This document shows positions 32,236 through 42,394 of a stretch of DNA of 61,552 nucleotides, in pieces. The translations under genes were made by a program, and so were the position numbers. The stretch is from Rhizobium sp. (lineage in GTDB: Bacteria > Pseudomonadota > Alphaproteobacteria > Rhizobiales > Rhizobiaceae): NCBI GenBank assembly GCA_020621905.1, contig JAHRYZ010000001.1, positions 1 through 61,552 on the forward strand. Direction: 5' to 3'. How positions within the stretch are numbered: the first letter of the stretch is position 1; each line of letters opens with the position of its first letter. The notes under the pieces were generated by a model that was not told where the DNA came from, did not search any database, and was given only the letters and a program-made list of their open reading frames with translations.

Positions 32236-33306
32236 CTATGCGGGTGCGTCGGCGACGGAGGCGCGTTCCACCAGGTCCGTCTGCAGCACGATGCGCGTCG
32301 CCGGCGCTTCGTCTCCGTTCATGCGCTCGACCAGCAGCCTGGCCGCCGTCTCGCCCAGCTTATAGACCGGCTGACGCACGACGGTGACCGGCGGCGTCGT
32401 GACCGAGGTCCAGTCGGCGTCGTGGAACGACACCAGCGACAGATCGTGCGGGATGCGGATGCCAAGCTCGCGGCAGAGTTTGAAGACTTCGAGACCGATC
32501 ACGCTGTCGGAGGCGATGATCGCCGTCGGACGCTGTGCCGAGGTGAGCATGGCCTCGACGATGCGATGGGTATGCTCCGGCGTCGTCGCGCCGACATGCA
32601 CCCAGTCTTCGATCCCTTTGAGGCCGGCCTCCCGGCAGACACCGAGAAAGCCCTCGATGCGGCGGCGCACCGAGCCCGTATTGATGTCGGCCGGCGTATG
32701 AAAGCGGTGGTCCGGGGTGTCGCAGGCGGTGAGATAGGCGATGTGCTTGTGCCCGCGCGCGATCAGCCGGCGCGTGATGCCTTCCGCCGCATGCCGATCG
32801 TCGGCGACCACCGTGTCGACGCCGAGCATCTCGCTGCCGCGGTCGAGCAGCACCATCGGCCGGCCGGAGCGCGTCGCTTCCCTCAGATGGTCGATATCGC
32901 TCTCGCGGGCCGGAGAGACGATCAGGCCGTCCACGCGCTTGGCGAGCAGCGTGCGGATCGCGGCCTTTTCCGTTTCCGCGTCCTCGCCGGAATTGATCAG
33001 GATGACGGTGAAACCCGCCTGCCGGGCAATGTCGGTAATGCCCCTGACCGCGAGGCTGAAGAACGGGTTCTCGATGTCGCCCACCACCACGCCGATCGTG
33101 CCCGAGCGTCCCGTGGTCATGCTGCGGGCCAGTTCGTTCGGCCGGTAGTTGAGGGCGCGGGCGGCGGCGGTCACGGCTTCGCGCACCCGTTCGCTGACGG
33201 TTCCGTATCCGCCCAGCACACGGGCGGCCGTCGCCTTCGAGACGCCCGCCATGCGTGCGACATCGGCCACTGTGACGGACGTATTTCGGGGCGGGCTCTG
33301 TTCCAT
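32236..33306 (-). CDS. socR: LacI-family repressor, SocR-like
   Basis: TVADVARMAGVSKATAARVL, YRPNELARSM; divergent from socA. Confidence 0.8.
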   Translation of the reverse strand: MEQSPPRNTSVTVADVARMAGVSKATAARVLGGYGTVSERVREAVTAAARALNYRPNELARSMTTGRSGTIGVVVGDIENPFFSLAVRGITDIARQAGFTVILINSGEDAETEKAAIRTLLAKRVDGLIVSPARESDIDHLREATRSGRPMVLLDRGSEMLGVDTVVADDRHAAEGITRRLIARGHKHIAYLTACDTPDHRFHTPADINTGSVRRRIEGFLGVCREAGLKGIEDWVHVGATTPEHTHRIVEAMLTSAQRPTAIIASDSVIGLEVFKLCRELGIRIPHDLSLVSFHDADWTSVTTPPVTVVRQPVYKLGETAARLLVERMNGDEAPATRIVLQTDLVERASVADAPA

Positions 33307-33370
33307 GAGCGGTAGCCTTACAAGAGATATTGACGATTGGCAAATGCGTCTATAACAATTGGCAAAAGTC

Positions 33371-33406
33371 AAAGAGACCGGTCTCTTTCAATTTGAGACC
33401 GGTCTC
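33371..33406. promoter_or_regulatory. Tandem LacI-type operators
   Basis: Perfect 18-bp palindrome AAAGAGACCGGTCTCTTT (33371-33388) and a second GAGACCGGTCTC (33395-33406), both with central CG, downstream of a TTGACG-N17-TATAAC promoter. Confidence 0.75.
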
Positions 33407-33534
33407 TGAGGTAAGAAAAACAAGTGCCGACATGCGAACTGCACGGGCCGGACGGGCGGGTTTTGCCGCCTTTCGGATGGGACCCGTGCGCCCTGAAGAC
33501 CTCGCAGACAAGATCACCAGAGGAGACGAAACCA

Positions 33535-34371
33535 ATGCAATTCATCGAAGCCTTCAATGCCCCCTTTGCCCGGATGCGTGCGACCGCCGTCGCGCTTGCC
33601 TTCGGCGTGCTGGCCGGTGCCGCAATCCCGGCGCTTGCCCAGGACAATCCGCTCGGCCTCATCGACCCCGCCGTCATCAGCGTCGGCACGATGGGGGACG
33701 CCAAGCCCTATGCCTTCACCACCGCCGACGGCAATTTTTCCGGATTTGACATCGAGCTCTTCCTCAACATCGCCGAGCGCCTCGGCTTCAAGAAGGACCA
33801 GGTGATCTTCACCGGGCAGGAATTCTCCGCGCTCATGCCCTCGGTCGCCAACGGCCGCTTCGATGTTGCGGCGGCCGCCATCGGCACGACCGACAAGCGC
33901 AAGGAGACCGTCGACTTCTCCGATGGCTATCTCGCGGGCTTCCTCACCGTGCTGACGCCGGATGCCGGCATCACCGACGCCGCGAGCCTCAAGGGCAAGC
34001 GTCTCGGCGTCGTGCAGGGCACGCTGCAGGAAATCTATGCCGAGAAGAATTTCACCGGCGCCGATCTGGTGAAGTTCCCGGACAACAACTCCGCCATCTC
34101 CGGGCTCAACAACGGCACGGTCGACGCCCACTTCCTCGACTACGAGGCCGCCAAGGACTATTCCGCCCGCTATGCCGACCTGAAGGTCGGGGTCAACATT
34201 CCGAGCTTCGACGCGCCGGCCGGCTTCGTCATCTGCAAGGGCAATGACGCGCTGCGCGAAGCGATCAACAAGGCCCTGCATGAAGCCATGCAGGACGGCA
34301 CCTGGAAGACCCTGCACGAAAAATGGTTCCCCGGCACGCCGATGCCGGATTCGTATCTTCCCAAGCAGTGA
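33535..34371 (+). CDS. socA: Amadori compound (deoxyfructosyl-glutamine) ABC substrate-binding protein
   Basis: [38 protein letters not shown]...KWFPGTPMP, recognised as Agrobacterium SocA-like; SBP family 3. Confidence 0.85.
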   Translation: MQFIEAFNAPFARMRATAVALAFGVLAGAAIPALAQDNPLGLIDPAVISVGTMGDAKPYAFTTADGNFSGFDIELFLNIAERLGFKKDQVIFTGQEFSALMPSVANGRFDVAAAAIGTTDKRKETVDFSDGYLAGFLTVLTPDAGITDAASLKGKRLGVVQGTLQEIYAEKNFTGADLVKFPDNNSAISGLNNGTVDAHFLDYEAAKDYSARYADLKVGVNIPSFDAPAGFVICKGNDALREAINKALHEAMQDGTWKTLHEKWFPGTPMPDSYLPKQ

Positions 34372-34427
34372 TGCCGCCTTGCCGGTCCGACCCTGTCGTC
34401 GGACCGGTCTTTCCTCAGGGATTTCTG

Positions 34428-35934
34428 ATGAACTGGCTCGAAAACCTGCGCCGCAGTTTCCGGCTGGAACGCGATGGCCGAAGTGCTGCCGACCATGATC
34501 ACCGTCGGCCTGAAGAACACGCTGATCCTTGCGGCCGCCTCGACGGTGCTGGGCGTCGTCATCGGCATGGTGCTCGCCATCATGGGCATTTCCCGCTCGG
34601 CCTGGCTGCGCATTCCCGCGCGCCTCTATACCGATATCTTCCGTGGCCTGCCGGCCATCGTCACCATTCTGCTGATCGGGCAGGGATTTGCCCGCATCGG
34701 CCGCGAACTGTTCGGCCCCTCGCCCTATCCGCTCGGCATCCTGGCGCTCAGCCTGATCGCCGGCGCCTATATCGGCGAGATCTTCCGTTCCGGCATCCAG
34801 AGCGTCGACCGCGGCCAGATGGAGGCCTGCCGGGCGCTGTCGATGAGCTACGGCCAGGGCATGCGGCTGATCGTCGTGCCGCAGGGCGTGCGCCGCGTGC
34901 TGCCGGCGCTGGTCAACCAGTTCATCGGCAACGTCAAGGATTCCAGCCTCGTCTACTTCCTCGGCCTGCTGGCCTCCGAGCGCGAGATCTTTCGTGTCGG
35001 GCAGGACCAGGCGGTCGTGACGGGCAATCTTTCGCCGCTGCTTCTGGCCGGCGTGTTCTACCTCTTCGTCACCGTGCCGCTCACCCATGTCGTCAACGCC
35101 ATCGACAATCGCCTGAGACTGGGCAAGCAGCGTCCTTCGGCCGTAACCAGCGGGCTGGAGGAGGTCAGCGAACTCGACGCCGCCGCCCGCGCCTCCGGGA
35201 CCGCCTTCAAGGGCGGCAGCCTCGACGTGCGCAATCTCGGCATGGCTTATGGCGACCTCGATGTGCTCAAGGGCGTCGATCTTTCGGTGAAGCCGGGCAG
35301 CGTCACCTGCATCATCGGTCCGTCCGGCTCCGGCAAGTCGACGCTGCTGCGCGGCCTCAACCGTCTCGTCGAGCCGAAGAGCGGCGACATCCAGATCGAC
35401 GGCGAAAGCATCCTGTCGATGAAGCCCGAAACGCTGCGCCGACGGGTCGGCATGGTCTTCCAGCACTTCAACCTCTTTCCCGACCATACGGCGCTCGAAA
35501 ACGTCATGCTGTCGCTGACCAAGATCAAGGGCTTGCCTATGGCCGAAGCCGAGCGCATCGCCAAGGCGCGGTTGGCCGATGTCGGGCTGGAGAGCCGGCA
35601 GCATCACCGCCCCGGCGGCCTTTCGGGCGGCCAGCAGCAGCGGGTGGCGATCGCCCGGGCGCTCGCCATGGAACCGGAGGTCATCCTGTTCGACGAGGTG
35701 ACGAGCGCGCTCGATCCGGAACTGGTCAAGGGTGTCCTTAACCTGATGGCCGACCTTGGCGGACGCGGCATGACCATGGTCGTCGTCACCCATGAAATGG
35801 GCTTTGCCCGCCGGGTCGCCGATCAGGTCGTGTTCATGGACGAGGGGCGTGTGGTGGAAGCCGGCACGCCCGGGGCGATCTTCGACAACCCGCAGAGCCC
35901 GCGTCTGCAGCGCTTCCTTGCGGAAGTGCTTTGA
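34428..35934 (+). CDS. socB: Fused amino-acid ABC permease/ATPase (indel near 34460)
   Basis: MNWLENLRRSF start; permease with DIFRGLP and GQMEACRAL fused to GPSGSGKST/LSGGQQQR ATPase, the characteristic SocB architecture. Confidence 0.85.
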
Positions 35935-35953
35935 TGGCGCAGAGGAGAGCCAG

Positions 35954-36944
35954 ATGACAGCAACGATCAGATGGGGCGTGCTGGGCTGCGCCGGCATTGC
36001 CGCCAAGGCGGCCATTCCCGCCATCCAGTCCAGCCGCCTCGGCCGGGTGACGGCCATCGCCTCGCGCGATGCCGGCAAGGCAAGCGACATGGCGGCCCGG
36101 TTCGGCATCGCCAAGGCCTATGGCCGGTACGAGGACCTGCTGGCCGATCCCGAGATCGACGCGATCTACAATCCGCTGCCCAATCATCTGCATGTGCCCT
36201 GGACGATAAAGGCACTGGAGCAGGGCAAGCCGGCGCTCTGCGAGAAACCGATCGCGCTCGACGCAGCAGAGGCCATGACGCTGGCCGACGCGCAGAAGGC
36301 CACCGGCCTGCCGGTCGCCGAAGCCTTCATGGTGCGTCATCACCCAATAATGGAAGAAGCGCAGGCGCTGGTGGCGGAAGGGCGGATCGGCGAGGCGAGG
36401 GCGATCAGACGATCTTCCTACTATCTCGACGATCCTGAACGTGCAACCGCGCGGATATCGGTGGCGGCGGCCTGTTCGACGTCGGCTGCTACGCCATCAA
36501 TACCGCCCGTTTCCTGTTCGGCGCCGAACCGCTGCGGGCGATCGCCCTGGTGGAGCGCGATCCGGTCGGAACGGATAGGCTGACCAGCGGTCTGCTGGCG
36601 TTTCCGCAGGGCAGGCAGTCACCTTCACCTGTTCCTGGCTGCCCTGACGCAGATGGTCACGGTGCTCGGCACGCGCGGACGCTCGAAATCCCCATTCCGC
36701 CAACGCGCCGGCCGATCAGCCTAGCCGGCTGATCCTCGACGACGGCCGCGATCTTGCCGGCGGCGGGCGCGAGGAGATCGCCATCGCGGCGGTCGACCAG
36801 TACCGCGAACAGGCCGACGCCCTCTGCGAAGCCATTCTCTCGGGCAAGCCGCTCGACACGGGACTGGGAGATGCGATCGCCAACATGAAGGTGATCGACG
36901 CGCTCTTCCGCTCCGCCGTCTCCGGCCGCTGGGAGCAGCCCTGA
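35954..36944 (+). CDS. socC: Gfo/Idh/MocA oxidoreductase (multiple indels 36340-36720)
   Basis: WGVLGCAGIA, YNPLPNHLH, LCEKP, EAFMVRHHP, GGGLFDVGCYAI, DAIANMKVIDALFRS. Confidence 0.75.
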
Positions 36945-36988
36945 GACGTCCCGACCATTTCCATGACCCACCGATCGAAAGACATCCC

Positions 36989-38119
36989 ATGACAGACAAC
37001 AGCATCTCTTCGGCCGTCATCATCGGCGCCGGCATTTTCGGCGTTTCCACCGGCGTTCAGCTTGCCCGCCGCGGCATCAGGGTCACCATCCTCAATGATG
37101 GCCCTCCGGCCAACGGCGCGTCCGGCCGCTCGCTCTCCTGGCTGAACTCGGCGCGCATGCGCTCGGAGCCCTATCACCGCCTGCGCATGGCCGGCATCGA
37201 TCGCTACCGCACCCTTTTCGCCAAGCACCCCGATACGGACTGGCTTCGGTTCGACGGCGGCCTGACCTGGGACGCCGACGACGAGCGCAACGAGATCGAC
37301 GCCGCCTACCGCCACGAGGTTTCGCTTGCCTATGACGCACGGCGCGTCTGCGCAGCCGATGTCGCCGAGGTCACGCCCGGTCTCGACGCAAGGGCGATCA
37401 CCCGCCAGGGCGCGATCTTCAATCCCGGCGAGGGCTGGGTCGACCTTCCGGTCCTGATCGGCATGCTTCTCGAAGAGTTTTCCGCTCTCGGGGGCGTGGT
37501 GGTGACGGATCAGGGCGCGGCCAAGGTTCTGGTCGAGGCCGGCCGGGCCGTCGGTGCGAAAACCGCCACCGGCCGACACTTCCTCAGCGACGCCGTCGTG
37601 GTCGCAACGGGGCCGGCGGTGCCGCGCATGGCGGCGGACAGCGGCCAGGTGATCGGCGATGACACCCCGATCGCCCTGCTGGTGCAGACCAAGCCGTTCT
37701 CCCACCCGCTGCGCGCCGTCCTCAACACCCCGCGCGTGGCCGTGCGGCCTGCGCCCGGCGGCACCTTCTCGCTCGATGCCGACTGGGCCGCGGACGAAGG
37801 CGTGAAAGCGCGTCCCGACGGCGGCTACGACATCGACGAAGCCGTGGTTGAGGCGCTGCTGGCGGAGGCGGCCAGGGTGATGAAGGGCAATCCGAGGCTC
37901 GAGGTCGCCTCCGTCGGCGTTGGCGGCAAACCGATCCCCGGCGACGGCGAACCCGTGGTCGGTGCGCTCAAGGCCATCCCCGGCTACTACGTCGCCTTCA
38001 GCCACAGCGGCGCGACGCTCGGCCTGATCGTCGGCGAACTGCTCGCCTACGAGGTTGCGACCGGCAAGGAACATACCATGCTTGCGACCTTCAGGCCCGA
38101 GCGTTTCGCGTCACTATAG
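36989..38119 (+). CDS. socD: Fructosyl-amino acid oxidase (amadoriase)
   Basis: GAGIFGVS, ASGRSLSWLN, KPIPGDGEPV, FSHSGATLG; last gene of the soc operon. Confidence 0.8.
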   Translation: MTDNSISSAVIIGAGIFGVSTGVQLARRGIRVTILNDGPPANGASGRSLSWLNSARMRSEPYHRLRMAGIDRYRTLFAKHPDTDWLRFDGGLTWDADDERNEIDAAYRHEVSLAYDARRVCAADVAEVTPGLDARAITRQGAIFNPGEGWVDLPVLIGMLLEEFSALGGVVVTDQGAAKVLVEAGRAVGAKTATGRHFLSDAVVVATGPAVPRMAADSGQVIGDDTPIALLVQTKPFSHPLRAVLNTPRVAVRPAPGGTFSLDADWAADEGVKARPDGGYDIDEAVVEALLAEAARVMKGNPRLEVASVGVGGKPIPGDGEPVVGALKAIPGYYVAFSHSGATLGLIVGELLAYEVATGKEHTMLATFRPERFASL

Positions 38120-38237
38120 ACTGTCCCGCCAGGCCTGGGCGAGCGAAACTCGAACTGCTGCAGGCCCGATTGATTGGCGCGACGTAGCCATCCTGCTGTA
38201 AGCATCCGGCGTAGGCCACGGATGGGCCGGCTTCCCG

Positions 38238-38460
38238 TCAGTGGCGTTTGTTCTGGCTTTTTGCGTAGCCAGCTTCTCCGAGGGTTCGGCGGCGCGCGAG
38301 TTTGGCTATCCGATCATTGATCGTATCGACGTCAATATCTTCCGGCTCGAAGCGACCGCCGTACCAGTCCACGACTTCGCGGTGTTGCGCATGTCGAGGC
38401 TTTGCCATTGCTTCGAGGAAGTCCTCGAAGCCGGGCAAGCCGCCGACATCTTCCGGCCGC
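38238..38460 (-). pseudogene. pRiA4b ORF-3 family protein, C-terminal fragment
   Basis: PEDVGGLPGFEDFLEAMAKPRHAQHREVVDWYGGRFEPEDID. Confidence 0.75.
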
Positions 38461-38647
38461 GGCGCCGGTCGCCGCCGCGCCATTGCTGGGCCATCCATTC
38501 GGCCGTCACGCGCGTGGGCATGGACTTGACGGACAGAATGAGGCGACGCGTGCCGCGCCCGTTGCCATCGGGGAGGTTTTCCTGCCTCCCGGTCTTCTCG
38601 ACCCGCTTGAAGGCCTGTCGGATGGCTGTGTCGGAAAGGCTTGCCAT
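38461..38647 (-). pseudogene. Tyrosine integrase, N-terminal arm-binding fragment
   Basis: MASLSDTAIRQAFKRVEKTGRQENLPDGNGRGT.RLIL.VK.MPTRVTAEWMAQQWR.G, recognised as the N-terminus of a rhizobial integrase family; GGAG RBS; catalytic domain missing. Confidence 0.7.
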
Positions 38648-38754
38648 AACGATTTCTCCGATCCCAGTTCGCCAGAGCGCGGGTCGCTGAAAATTGCGAA
38701 AAAACGTTATTATTCAATGCGTTCGCGCGTGAAAATCGGTGACGGAAGAGGGCT

Positions 38755-39031
38755 GAGTGGGACGGTTGTTCATCATGATGGCGAGGATCAGCACCTCGAC
38801 CGCCACCGCCGACAGCGTCAGGATCATCGTGCCGTAGGGATCGCCGACCTTGACGGCGAGCACTTCCGCATGGTGGGCGACGCGCAGCGATGCCGCGACG
38901 ATGGCGGCAATCGGCGCAGCAGCCGCGGCGAGCGACACGACCGTGCCCATGGCGAGGATCTCGTGTTCCAAACTGAATCCGAAAACTGCCATAAGGATCG
39001 GAAAGAGAAGGATCTTCTCCTGTCTCAGCAT
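38755..39031 (-). pseudogene. chaA: Ca2+/H+ antiporter (ChaA/CAX) N-terminal fragment
   Basis: MLRQEKILLF...RVAHHAEVLAVKVGDPYGTMILTLSAVAVEVLILAIMM, then breaks off. Confidence 0.85.
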
Positions 39032-39176
39032 GGACGGCTCCTGTGCATTGCGTACCGCCCCTTACGGGCGATGGGCGGGAACGGTCGGGCGGATGGAACT
39101 GTTCCGCCCCGCTTCGGGTTTGCGGATTGGTGCGCTTGATGCGATACTAAGCCCAAGCATAAGAAAGGAGGACAGA

Positions 39177-39443
39177 ATGACCAAGGTTGCCTACGAGATC
39201 GTTCCCCATGACGGGGGATGGGCCTACAAGCTCGGCGACGTTTTCTCCGAAAGCTTTGCCAGCCACGACGAGGCCCTGGAGGCAGCACGTATCGTCATGC
39301 AGGAACAGCAGGTCGGCGACGAGCCCGTCAAGATCAGCTATCAGGACGAGAAGGGCAAGTGGCACTACGAGGTCAGTGACGGCGGCGACCGGCCGGAAGT
39401 CGAGATCGTCGATCGCTACCAGTCCGGTGAAACGCCGGCCTAG
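39177..39443 (+). CDS. DUF2188 family protein
   Basis: MTKVAYEIVPHDGGWAYKLGDVFSESF.SHDEALEAA; AGGAGG RBS. Confidence 0.8.
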   Translation: MTKVAYEIVPHDGGWAYKLGDVFSESFASHDEALEAARIVMQEQQVGDEPVKISYQDEKGKWHYEVSDGGDRPEVEIVDRYQSGETPA

Positions 39444-39916
39444 CGGATGCTGCGGAGGCCGATCGACTGGGCGAACCGGATCAGATAGCCGTCAGGGTCC
39501 TGCACGAGGAACTCCCGTGAACCGGTTTCCTCTGTCTCGCCAACGCGATACCAGCTTTCGCTCGGTTCTTCGAAGGGCGGCCAATCCAGTTTGCGAAGGG
39601 CTTCAAGTATGGATTCGAGGTCGTCGGTGGCGATCTGGAAGTTGATGCCGCGGCCGTACGGCCGTTCGAGCGGTGCCGTCCGCCAATTGCCGTTGATTTC
39701 ACACAGCATGACCTGCGCACCTTGGCGCTCGAGGTAGGCAAACTTCGCCTGCCGCCGTTCGTAGGCCACGCGAAAGCCGAGCCCGTCGCACCAGAAGGCG
39801 AGGCTCGCCGCGATGCTGGTGACGTCGAGTTCGGGCACCAGCGGTGCAAAGCCGCCGGTAGGGCCGCTGCCGGTTCCCGCTGACGCGTCGCGCTCGGCAC
39901 GTGAAAGCTCGGTCAT
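39440..39916 (-). CDS. VOC/glyoxalase (bleomycin-resistance-like) protein
   Basis: LVPELDV, SLAFWCDGLGF, PYGRGINFQI, REFLVQDPDGYLIRF. Confidence 0.88.
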   Translation of the reverse strand: MTELSRAERDASAGTGSGPTGGFAPLVPELDVTSIAASLAFWCDGLGFRVAYERRQAKFAYLERQGAQVMLCEINGNWRTAPLERPYGRGINFQIATDDLESILEALRKLDWPPFEEPSESWYRVGETEETGSREFLVQDPDGYLIRFAQSIGLRSIR

Positions 39917-39926
39917 CCAATTCTCC

Positions 39927-40820
39927 TCATCGGGAAACGTAGTCGAGCAGCCCGGCGACCAAGGCGTCGAAGGTGACGCGACAGCGGGCCGCCGTCTTCA
40001 AGTTCTCATGCATGACGACATAGGTTTCCAGCGACAGCTCGATCGCCTCTGCCAGGACCGGAACCAGGTTGGGATCGCGCCGGGCAAGCGTGTTCTGGCA
40101 CATGCCGATGCCGCCGGCTGCCCGGATCATGGCCATCTGGGCGAGGTTGCTGTCGGTGCGCATCGTGAAATGGATGTCGGCGAGCTTGGGCTTGTCCTTG
40201 AGAATCGCCCGGATATAGGCGAGCTGCCGGTCGAAGCCGATCAGCCGGTGGGAGGAGAGCTGATCGAGCCCTGTCGGCGTGCCGTGGCGCTCGAGATAGC
40301 GGTGGTGCGCGTGCAGTCCGAGGGGGATCGCGCCGATCCGGCGGCTCACCAGTGCCCCCTGCGACGGCGGCACCATGCGCACCGCGATATCGGCCTCCTG
40401 GCGCAGCAGATCCTCCACGGCGTCCGAGACCGAGAGTTCCACATTGAGAGCGGGATGCCGTTCCTGAAGTTCGGCTATGATGGGCGGCAGGACTTCAATG
40501 CCGATCACCTCGCTGGCGCTGATGCGTACCGTACCGGTGACGCTGCCGGGCTGGCCGCTTGCAGCACGCGCCAGGCTGGCTGCGGTGGCCGCCATGGTCT
40601 CGGCATAGGGTTTCATCTGCTGCGCGGTTTCCGTCGGCAGCAGGCCCTGCTGCGAGCGCAGGAAGAGCGGCGCGCCGGAGAGCGCTTCCAACGCATCAAT
40701 GTGCCGGCCGACGGTTGGCTGCGTCAGGCCCAGGTCCCGGGCGGCGGCCGACAGCGACCCCTCGCGCAACACGGCGAGGAAGGTGCGGTAGTAATCCCAG
40801 TTTGCGTTCAGCTCACCCAT
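39927..40820 (-). CDS. LysR-family regulator
   Basis: FLAVLREGSLSAAARDLGLTQPTVGRHIDALE; DLLRQEADIAVR. Confidence 0.92.
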   Translation of the reverse strand: MGELNANWDYYRTFLAVLREGSLSAAARDLGLTQPTVGRHIDALEALSGAPLFLRSQQGLLPTETAQQMKPYAETMAATAASLARAASGQPGSVTGTVRISASEVIGIEVLPPIIAELQERHPALNVELSVSDAVEDLLRQEADIAVRMVPPSQGALVSRRIGAIPLGLHAHHRYLERHGTPTGLDQLSSHRLIGFDRQLAYIRAILKDKPKLADIHFTMRTDSNLAQMAMIRAAGGIGMCQNTLARRDPNLVPVLAEAIELSLETYVVMHENLKTAARCRVTFDALVAGLLDYVSR

Positions 40821-40921
40821 TCAAATATGTATAGCAAGTCAAGATAAATAGGCAATTCCGTATGGAGCGTCTGCAAGCGATATTCCGGTCATCGCAACAT
40901 GCCGGACACAGGAGATACGTC

Positions 40922-41947
40922 ATGACCCAGGAATTGATGCAATTGCCGCTTGCCCTCGTTCTCGGCGCCACCGGCGGGATCGGCGGCGCCATGGCCCACA
41001 AGCTTGCCGCCCGCGGCTACCGCGTGCGCGCCATGCACAGGAATGCCAGGGAGATGGCGCTGCGCCATCCGCAGTTCGAATGGGTGCCGGGGGACGCCAT
41101 GCGCCGCGAGGACATCGTCAAGGCTGCCCAGGGCGCCAGCCTGATCGTCCATGCCGTCAATCCGCCGGGCTATCGCAACTGGGGCGAACTGGTCCTGCCG
41201 ATGATCGACAATACGATCGCTGCCGCCGGCGCAGTCGGCGCGCGGATCGTCATGCCCGGGACGGTCTACAATTTCGGGCCCGATGCCTTTCCGCTGATCG
41301 ACGAGGACAGCCCTCAGAACCCGCAGACCGCCAAGGGCAGGATCCGTGTTGCCCTCGAGCAGCGTCTCGAGGCGGCAGCCGGGCGCGGTACACCGGTGCT
41401 GATCGTGCGGGCCGGCGACTTCTTCGGCCCCGGTGCCGGCAACAACTGGTTTGCGCAGGGGCTGATCAGGCCGGGAAAGCCGGTTACCTTCGTCACCAAT
41501 CCCGGCAAGCGCGGCGTTGGGCATCAATGGGCCTATCTTCCGGATGTCGCCGAAACCATGATGCAGTTGATCGAGCGGGCCGACAAGCTTCCGCCGTTCG
41601 CGCGGTTCCACATGGACGGCTTCTTCGATGCCGACGGAACCGAAATGGCGGCGGCGATCGGCCGGGCGACCGGCAAGCCGGATCTGAAGATCAAACGCTT
41701 TCCGTGGATGGTGGTCCGGCTGGCTTCGCCGTTCGTGCCGTTGTTCCGGGAACTGGCTGAAATGCGCTATCTGTGGCGCCAGCCGATCCGCATGCGCAAC
41801 GCCCGGCTGGTGGCGATGCTCGGAAGCGAGCCGCAGACGCCGATCGACGAGGCTGTGCGGGCGACGCTGTCATCTCTGGGGTGTCTCGACAAGCCCGCCG
41901 CGGCCTCGTCGGTCGCGCCGAGCCTCGCTCGTGGGAGGGCGGCATGA
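40922..41947 (+). CDS. NAD-dependent epimerase/dehydratase (atypical SDR)
   Basis: VLGATGGIGG, HAVNPPGY, RAGDFFGP, HQWAYLPD. Confidence 0.88.
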   Translation: MTQELMQLPLALVLGATGGIGGAMAHKLAARGYRVRAMHRNAREMALRHPQFEWVPGDAMRREDIVKAAQGASLIVHAVNPPGYRNWGELVLPMIDNTIAAAGAVGARIVMPGTVYNFGPDAFPLIDEDSPQNPQTAKGRIRVALEQRLEAAAGRGTPVLIVRAGDFFGPGAGNNWFAQGLIRPGKPVTFVTNPGKRGVGHQWAYLPDVAETMMQLIERADKLPPFARFHMDGFFDADGTEMAAAIGRATGKPDLKIKRFPWMVVRLASPFVPLFRELAEMRYLWRQPIRMRNARLVAMLGSEPQTPIDEAVRATLSSLGCLDKPAAASSVAPSLARGRAA

Positions 41948-42351
41948 GTTCCGTTTCGACCATCCAGCCGGCCCGCGTCAGCGCCGGCGTCCGCCTCATG
42001 TCCGCCGCGTTGGTGGTCGGGATCTGCGGGCAGTTCTTCCTGGCGGGGCTGTCGATCTTCTCCGATGCGGCCCTGTGGTCGCTCCACGGTGCAATCGGCG
42101 GCGGCCTGTCGCTGCCGGTCATCGGTTTGCTGGCGCTGTCGCTGGCGAGCCCTTCGGCGCACCGCTATCGCCGCCACACGGTTCTGCTGTTCTGCCTCTA
42201 TTGCCTGCAGGTCCTGCTGGTCGCCCTCGGACGCGAGCTTGGCCTTGCATTTGTCTCCGCGCTGCATCCGGTCAACGGGCTCTTCATGATGGGGGCGGCT
42301 GTCGGACTGGTGAACGAGGCGTTCGGCGGGCAGGGCGACCGCAGGGCCTGA
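41944..42351 (+). CDS. Four-TM membrane protein (DUF6220-like)
   Basis: QFFLAG...W.LH...LQ...ALHPVNG; ATG overlaps the upstream stop. Confidence 0.7.
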   Translation: MSSVSTIQPARVSAGVRLMSAALVVGICGQFFLAGLSIFSDAALWSLHGAIGGGLSLPVIGLLALSLASPSAHRYRRHTVLLFCLYCLQVLLVALGRELGLAFVSALHPVNGLFMMGAAVGLVNEAFGGQGDRRA

Positions 42352-42357
42352 AAGGAG

Positions 42358-42382
42358 AAACCCCGGCGATGGGCCGGGGTTC
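42358..42382. terminator. Terminator hairpin between convergent genes
   Basis: aaccccggc-gatgg-gccggggtt. Confidence 0.65.
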
Positions 42383-42394
42383 CTGCTGTCAGAC

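Larger units (their letters stand above)
11045..38755. mobile_element. Degraded genomic island inserted in chaA
   Basis: Bounded by two same-strand halves of one gene; IS3 remnant at left, integrase remnant at right, hipA and pRiA4b ORF-3 remnants inside; boundaries approximate. Confidence 0.8.

Noticed and set aside
11039-38755. 5-bp GGCTG present near both island junctions as a possible target-site duplication
   Set aside because: Too short to be significant in GC-rich DNA, and the missing middle of chaA shows at least one junction is secondary
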